Assembly (NCBI GenBank): GCA_963807635.1
Contig: CAWEDJ010000049.1
Span: 1 to 35,454 of the forward strand
Source of the DNA: an uncultured cyanobacterium
Lineage (GTDB): Bacteria > Cyanobacteriota > Cyanobacteriia > Cyanobacteriales > Microcystaceae
Direction of reading: 5' to 3'
Length of the DNA: 35,454 bases
The notes below the pieces were generated by a model. The model had not been told where the DNA came from and made no database searches. It was given only the letters and a program-made list of their open reading frames with translations. The stretch's first letter is position 1. Each line of letters opens with the position of its first letter. Both the position numbers and the translations under genes were made by a program. Below, piece after piece: positions 29,979-35,454 of the stretch.

Positions 29979-32498
29979 TTATTTAGACAAAGGGGATAAT
30001 AATTGAGAGACTTCAGGGTTATAAATCCGCATATAATTCCAATAATTACTGAAAACTGACTCTACATAATTTTTAGTTTCAGAGAAAGGAATATTCTCGA
30101 TAAAGAGATCGGGATCGCTGCCTTGATATTCTTTTAACCATTTGGCGACGTTGCCTGGCCCCGCATTGTAACTGGCGACGGCGAGGGCTGAATTATTACT
30201 GTATTCGTCGTGGGTATGTTGAAAATACCAGGTTCCCAGGTTTATGTTGTCCTGGGGGTTGGTTAGGGAAAATTTCTTGAGATCAATCTGGGGCGCGATC
30301 CAATCGGCGGTAGAGGGCATGACCTGCATTAATCCTGTGGCACCGACGGGGGAACGGATTTCTTTTTCAAAACGGGATTCTTGGCGGATCAGGGATGCCA
30401 CTAAGAGGGGATTGAGTTGGCGTTTTTGTGACCAATCGACAATAGATTTTTCGTAGGGAAAGGGAAATAAAGCTTGCCAATAGTCGGGGGTTTGACGGAG
30501 GGCTTGCCATTGTTTTTGATCCTGGGGATTTTTGGAATCTCTCAGGTTTAGAATCTGATTAATGCCCGCTAAATAGTCGCTTTGGGTGAGTTTTAGGAGT
30601 GCATCAGTAAAGCTTTGATAGACATCTAATTCTTTTTTGTCACTCATTTCTGCTTCAAAAAGAGCGATCGCGTCTTGATCCTGTCCGAGACGATAAAGCT
30701 CTTTAAACATATCCGATCCCGCCGTTGGTAAGGGACGAGTGTTGGGCATGACGATATTGGGCTGTAAAAAGCGCACACTATTAAAATCTCCGACTTGCCA
30801 GCCCGACAGAACCGCCGCCCGCCAAGCATAGTAGGACTGGGGATAACGGGCTAAGACATTTTCAAAGGCCGCCTTTGCATCATCAGGACGACCGAGTTGT
30901 TGGGCCCATTTCCCGATCCAAAAGGTTGCTTTAGGAGCGATCGCGCTATCAGGATTTCCTTGGGTTAATTTCTGCGCCCATTCCCAGGCTTGAACTAAAT
31001 TTCCCGCTTTGGCTTGTTTTTTGGCCTGTTCCCAGCGATATTCCGCCGCCGCGTCTGAGGCAGAATAATCTTTTAAGAGAGTTTCCCTAGTCTTTTGGGC
31101 CAAACTTGGATCAATGTTATCCAGAAGATTGGCTTTTTTCAGGAGAGCATTGGGCGCGTCTTCAGGGAATTTTTGAACGATTTGGTCTAAATAGCCGATC
31201 GCTTCTTGGGGAGGCGTGAGGGAAGCTAATCGTCGTAGGGCTTGGGCAGTTTCAGGCAGATTAGGATAACGCTCAATCAGTAATTGAAAATTTTTAATCG
31301 CGTCCGTTTTTTTATCTTGAATCTGTTGAGAACGGGCTAAGCGGTAAAGATTTTGGGGAGTTTCCTCGGCTTTGGCGTAGGCAGTCAGGGCTTTTCCGTA
31401 CTCCCGTTGTTGCCAATAACTATCGGCGATCGCTGTCCAATCTTGGGGTGTTAATTGCTCGGCATGATCTTTAACTAAGACCGTCCGAATTTTGGGCGTA
31501 GAACTGTCATCGGGGGACGTTTTGACAATCTGACGCATCAACTCCACCGACTGGGGATCTTTTTTGAGACGCTGGTGTAAAATCTCCAAGGTGCGGGGAT
31601 GGTTGGGATGTTCCACGATCGCCTGATCCCAGTATTTCGGGTCAGACCGTCCCAGTAAATCGAGGGCATCTACCACCACAGGAGAATCGGGGTATTTCTC
31701 CAAAAGTTCTTGCCAGGTTTCTTGGGCTTTAATTTTTTCATTAGACAACTCGTAACCCCGTCCGCGTTTCAGCAAAATATAGGGGGCGAGGAGGGGATAG
31801 TCCTGTTCTAAATTTTCTAATAACTGAATTGCTTCACCGCCTTTATAGGCTTTCAACAGATCAGCGGCCAATAGATATTTCGCTCGACTACGTTCCAAAC
31901 TGGATTCGGATTGGGTCGCGATCGCCTTGAGTTGTTCGTCTCGTTTTTCAGGGGGAAGGGTCGCGAGTTTCAATACCTCTGAGGGTTGATTGCTTTCGGT
32001 TTCTAGGGTTTTCAGAACCTGTTGTTGTTGTTGGTTTTCTACCCAATCCATCACTTTGGGGGCAATTAGGGCAAGACCACCTATAATCAGTAATATTCCG
32101 CCGCCTAATAACCAAGGAAAGGGTTTTTTGCCTGTTTTTTTATCTTTGCTAGTTTCTGAAGTTATCTCTTGCTCGGTTGTTGGAGATAGGGGCGTTGACT
32201 GAATTTCTTCTTGATTTAAGGGGGGGATTTTCCACAGCTCAAGCCGTTTTTTAGGGACTGCGGGTTCTATTGCTGGTTCGACTGACTCTGTTTCAACGGA
32301 TTCACTAGGCTCAATCGGTAGATTCCGACTCTCCTCAGCCAATGATTCTATCTCAGGTTGTGTTTCCTCAATGGGAATAATTTCTCTTTCGGGATCAAAC
32401 TTTTCTTCTGATTGTCTATGGTTTTCAGAAGATTCTGTGAGGTGATCCTTCTCATTGGAAAAGGTGTTTTTGAGGCGATCGCGAAAATCATTAATCAT
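29979..32498 (-). CDS. Membrane-anchored Slt-type lytic transglycosylase with TPR repeats
   Basis: C-terminal LIRQESRF, GATGLMQVMPST, ASYNAGPG, IPFSETKNYV; TPR-like helices; TM near aa 128-146. Confidence 0.92.
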   Translation of the reverse strand: MINDFRDRLKNTFSNEKDHLTESSENHRQSEEKFDPEREIIPIEETQPEIESLAEESRNLPIEPSESVETESVEPAIEPAVPKKRLELWKIPPLNQEEIQSTPLSPTTEQEITSETSKDKKTGKKPFPWLLGGGILLIIGGLALIAPKVMDWVENQQQQQVLKTLETESNQPSEVLKLATLPPEKRDEQLKAIATQSESSLERSRAKYLLAADLLKAYKGGEAIQLLENLEQDYPLLAPYILLKRGRGYELSNEKIKAQETWQELLEKYPDSPVVVDALDLLGRSDPKYWDQAIVEHPNHPRTLEILHQRLKKDPQSVELMRQIVKTSPDDSSTPKIRTVLVKDHAEQLTPQDWTAIADSYWQQREYGKALTAYAKAEETPQNLYRLARSQQIQDKKTDAIKNFQLLIERYPNLPETAQALRRLASLTPPQEAIGYLDQIVQKFPEDAPNALLKKANLLDNIDPSLAQKTRETLLKDYSASDAAAEYRWEQAKKQAKAGNLVQAWEWAQKLTQGNPDSAIAPKATFWIGKWAQQLGRPDDAKAAFENVLARYPQSYYAWRAAVLSGWQVGDFNSVRFLQPNIVMPNTRPLPTAGSDMFKELYRLGQDQDAIALFEAEMSDKKELDVYQSFTDALLKLTQSDYLAGINQILNLRDSKNPQDQKQWQALRQTPDYWQALFPFPYEKSIVDWSQKRQLNPLLVASLIRQESRFEKEIRSPVGATGLMQVMPSTADWIAPQIDLKKFSLTNPQDNINLGTWYFQHTHDEYSNNSALAVASYNAGPGNVAKWLKEYQGSDPDLFIENIPFSETKNYVESVFSNYWNYMRIYNPEVSQLLSPLSK

Positions 32499-32671
32499 GC
32501 CAAACCCTGAATACGGCCTAAGTTATTATTATCAATGGTGGTGGGATTTTTGTGAAATCCATGACATTTCTGATGGATTTTCTAATTAAAAAAACAATTA
32601 TCCCTTGTTTTTAGTGAACTTTTTGCAGTCCGTCCTACGCTATAATTTTTAGTCAATGATTCTAAGGTCTT

Positions 32672-33439
32672 GTGATGGCAACGATGAGATCAAAGGCGAT
32701 CGCGGTAACGGAACATGAGAATAGGTGTCCCGAATGTCTGCACCTGGAGATTTGGGGGGAACCTGTCGCGTCCAAAGGTCTTTTACCGAGTTTCAAAAAA
32801 TCTGAGCCTGATGCGATTGACTTATTTGTGCGGATTAATTTTAATGAACAGTGGGTTGATTTTTCTCTTGGGCGGGTTAAGTTTGGCTTGAGTGGGGGAG
32901 AGTTACGCTTAAAGCTGGAGAATGGCAAAATGCCTTCTGAGTTGAGAAATCAGGATTTGAAAAAGTCTTTGGAAAGGGAAATGAGTGTTGAACGTCAATC
33001 AGGGGGAGAGCAGGAAACAAAGTCTCAGGTTGAGGGATCTTTGGCTCCTGATTTATCGAAGGCTGGCTTAAAGGCAGTGGGAGAAAATCGTCAAAAAGAT
33101 TCTCGTTCGGATAAATTTCAGCTTAACCTTGCTCAGATTAGTCACAAGGGAGCGGATGATCAGCCCGTGTGGGTTTTTGAGAATAAAACGGGAGAACCTG
33201 TTTTGATTGGGGAATTAGCTGATTCCTTGGGTAAAATGTTAATTGAGGACATTACTTGGGGCGTTGAGGCGACATTTACGACTGAAATGCGTCAGATTGT
33301 TATTACAGGTTTAGAAAATTTATTTAAAGATGATATTTCAGGTCGAAAATTGAAAGCGTTTGAGTTAGGAGTTGCCAAGTTATTTCTGAAGCATAAAACC
33401 CAACCCCATCTAAGTCGGCAGGTATTACGTTATGAGTGA
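32672..33439 (+). CDS. Hypothetical protein, overlapping the downstream pentapeptide gene
   Basis: 255-aa ORF whose stop overlaps the next ATG (33432-33439). Start is uncertain (32672, 32675 or 32684). Confidence 0.8.
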   Translation: MMATMRSKAIAVTEHENRCPECLHLEIWGEPVASKGLLPSFKKSEPDAIDLFVRINFNEQWVDFSLGRVKFGLSGGELRLKLENGKMPSELRNQDLKKSLEREMSVERQSGGEQETKSQVEGSLAPDLSKAGLKAVGENRQKDSRSDKFQLNLAQISHKGADDQPVWVFENKTGEPVLIGELADSLGKMLIEDITWGVEATFTTEMRQIVITGLENLFKDDISGRKLKAFELGVAKLFLKHKTQPHLSRQVLRYE

Positions 33440-34049
33440 TGCAGATTTTATTCGAGAAGTTGAGGCGTTGTATCAGCGTATTGCAGAAGCCGATACCGAT
33501 AGTTTTTTTGAATTGGCTAAAATTGCGGGTTTAAATATTAAGACAGGTTTAGTTGGGACTGATTTAAGAAATGTAAATCTAAGAGAGACTTCCTTTTGGC
33601 AGGCTAACCTAAGTGGTGCTAACTTAAGTGGTGCTAACTTAAGTGGTGCTAACCTATGGGAGGCTAACCTGAGTGGGGCTAACCTGAGTAGGGCTAACCT
33701 TATTAGGGCTAACCTTATTAGGGCTAACCTGAATGGGGCTAACCTGAATGGGGCTAACCTGAGTGGGGCTAACCTGAGTGATACGGATCTGAGTAGGGCT
33801 AACCTGAGTGGAACTGACCTGAGTGGGGCTGACCTTAAAAATTCTCAGATAGATGAACAGACGACTATTGCGGATAAATGGCGTTTAGTTTGGGAAATCC
33901 TCAATGTTGTAAGAGAAAATAGACAATTAACTCAAGTTGATCTTAGTGAAGCTAACCTGAGATTGTCTAATTTAGTTGGGGTTGATCTGAGATGGTCTAA
34001 TTTGAGTCAATACCTTAGCCAAAAAAAGCGGATGAAGAGAGAGGACTGA
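33432..34049 (+). CDS. Pentapeptide-repeat protein, C-terminally truncated by IS insertion
   Basis: A(N/D)L(S/x)(G/x) repeats. Native sequence ends at ...WSNLS (34007); the tail QYLSQKKRMKRED is read from the IS end. Confidence 0.9.
   Translation: MSDADFIREVEALYQRIAEADTDSFFELAKIAGLNIKTGLVGTDLRNVNLRETSFWQANLSGANLSGANLSGANLWEANLSGANLSRANLIRANLIRANLNGANLNGANLSGANLSDTDLSRANLSGTDLSGADLKNSQIDEQTTIADKWRLVWEILNVVRENRQLTQVDLSEANLRLSNLVGVDLRWSNLSQYLSQKKRMKRED
33603..33836 (+). repeat. Imperfect 15-bp coding tandem repeat (pentapeptide units)
   Basis: Consensus GCTAACCTGAGTGGG repeated about 15 times. Confidence 0.9.
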
Positions 34050-35454
34050 ATGTAGTAGAGTGATAGTCTTCAAAAACAACACCTCGAAAACCACAGACAG
34101 CCCATGTTGGACATACTAACACTCTTGCAATGCCTAGTACCAGAAATAAAAGTGACAACGATGCGTCAGTTGAGGCGTATTATCATGGCAATGTTAGGCA
34201 TGAGCGGACGAGTGACAATGTTGGGAATCTCCCGTTGGGCAGGAACTGGTGGTAGTTATCGGACAGTGATGAGATTTTTTCATACAGTCATCCCCTGGGC
34301 AACAGTATTTTGGATATTTTTTCGTCGGCATTTGTTCTCTCCAAACGATGTTTATTTGCTGGCAGGAGACGAGGTAGTGATAACGAAAGCGGGCAAAAAA
34401 ACTTATGGATTAGATAGGTTCTTTTCAAGTCTATTCAGTAAACCAATATCGGGACTATCTTTCTTTACATTATCGTTAGTAAGTGTTGAACAAAGACACT
34501 CATTTCCGATTCAGATAGAACAGGTAATCAAGAGGGATGTAGAAAAAAGTAGTATCTCGCCAATTCCAGAAGTAAAACCTCAAGAAAAACGGGAACGAGG
34601 ACGACCAAAAGGAAGTAAGAACAAAAATAAAAAAGAGGTAGTTCTTACACCTGAATTATTACGAATTAAGAAAATGATTAATGAGTTAGTCAAGTTAATA
34701 GCAAACTTTATTCCCCTCACTTACTTGGTCTTAGACGGTCATTTTGGAAACAACAATGCTTTACAGATGGCGAAGCAGGTTAACTTCCACATCATTTCCA
34801 AGTTACGTCATGATTCAGCACTGTATATACCTTACCAACATTCTGACCCGAATCATCCCTCTCGTCGTAAATACGGGGATAAGCTGAACTGGCAGAATAT
34901 TTCTGATGAATATTTGCGTCAAAGTATTATTGAGGAAGATATCCAAACCGATACTTATCAAGCTACCTTACTGCACAAAGAATTTGCCCAGTCCCTGAAT
35001 GTAGTGATTTTGGTGAAAACCAATCTCAAAACTAATGCACGCAGTCACGTAATTCTCTTTTCCAGTGACTTAACTTTATCCTATGACAAAATTATCGACT
35101 ACTATAAACTACGCTTCCAAATCGAATTTAATTTTCGTGATGCCAAGCAGTTTTGGGGATTGGAAGATTTTATGAACCTCGGTCAAACCTCTGTTACTAA
35201 TGCGGCTAACCTTTCTTTTTTCATGGTCAATTTATCCTATCTTCTTCTAGCTCAGTTCCGTGAAGATAATCCTGGCTCTGGCATTGTTGATCTTAAAGCT
35301 TACTACCGTGGTTTGAACTATGCTCATGCAATGTTAAAAATGCTTCCCGAACAGCCAGAGCCTATTTTATTAGCCCAGATTTTTGCCAAGCTTACTTCTC
35401 TTGGTCGTATTCACAATGTTTCTACAACAATTGAACTCTCGTAATTTGGCAAAG
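34008..35454 (+). mobile_element. IS4-type insertion sequence; the window ends inside the right inverted repeat
   Basis: Left end CAATACCTTAGCCAAA (34008-34023). The last 10 nt TTTGGCAAAG match 9/10 of its inner part in reverse complement. Confidence 0.85.
34104..35444 (+). CDS. IS4/IS701-like DDE transposase
   Basis: LAGDEV, LVLDGHFG, and YKLRFQIEFNFRDAK, an exact Y(2)R(3)E(6)K signature. Confidence 0.92.
   Translation: MLDILTLLQCLVPEIKVTTMRQLRRIIMAMLGMSGRVTMLGISRWAGTGGSYRTVMRFFHTVIPWATVFWIFFRRHLFSPNDVYLLAGDEVVITKAGKKTYGLDRFFSSLFSKPISGLSFFTLSLVSVEQRHSFPIQIEQVIKRDVEKSSISPIPEVKPQEKRERGRPKGSKNKNKKEVVLTPELLRIKKMINELVKLIANFIPLTYLVLDGHFGNNNALQMAKQVNFHIISKLRHDSALYIPYQHSDPNHPSRRKYGDKLNWQNISDEYLRQSIIEEDIQTDTYQATLLHKEFAQSLNVVILVKTNLKTNARSHVILFSSDLTLSYDKIIDYYKLRFQIEFNFRDAKQFWGLEDFMNLGQTSVTNAANLSFFMVNLSYLLLAQFREDNPGSGIVDLKAYYRGLNYAHAMLKMLPEQPEPILLAQIFAKLTSLGRIHNVSTTIELS

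Noticed and set aside
33603..33836. 15-bp tandem repeats as a CRISPR or non-coding VNTR
   Set aside because: They are in frame and encode pentapeptide repeats.

Overview
Cyanobacterial chromosomal DNA (psb30, cofG, many HIP1 GCGATCGC sites; the Psb30 sequence looks Synechocystis-like). Positions 1-16.4 kb are a minus-strand O-antigen/surface-polysaccharide cluster: rfbF-rfbG-rfbH-prt-tyv (CDP-tyvelose pathway, no E3 reductase gene in the window), a GT2, wzx, a GT2, an EpsG/Wzy-like polymerase, an NDP-sugar C-methyltransferase, a GMD-like SDR lacking the dehydratase Glu, a GT2 and a SAM methyltransferase. Several MITE-like elements sit in its spacers. Positions 17.2-35.4 kb hold mostly core genes (psb30, YkgJ family, AarF kinase, MoxR/DUF4350, GtrB-like GT, pbpC, cofG, Slt). 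Among them are an IS5 element with a MITE nested in its terminal repeat, a 244-bp tandem duplication, an AT-rich AlbA_2 (Schlafen-like) gene, and a hypothetical/pentapeptide gene pair cut by an IS4-type element. The most novel-looking signal is an apparently degenerate PemK/MazF-like domain fused in frame to the N-terminus of RfbH. At least six genes carry 1-nt frameshifts, mostly in short homopolymers, which are probably consensus errors. All calls are by eye; no searches were run.
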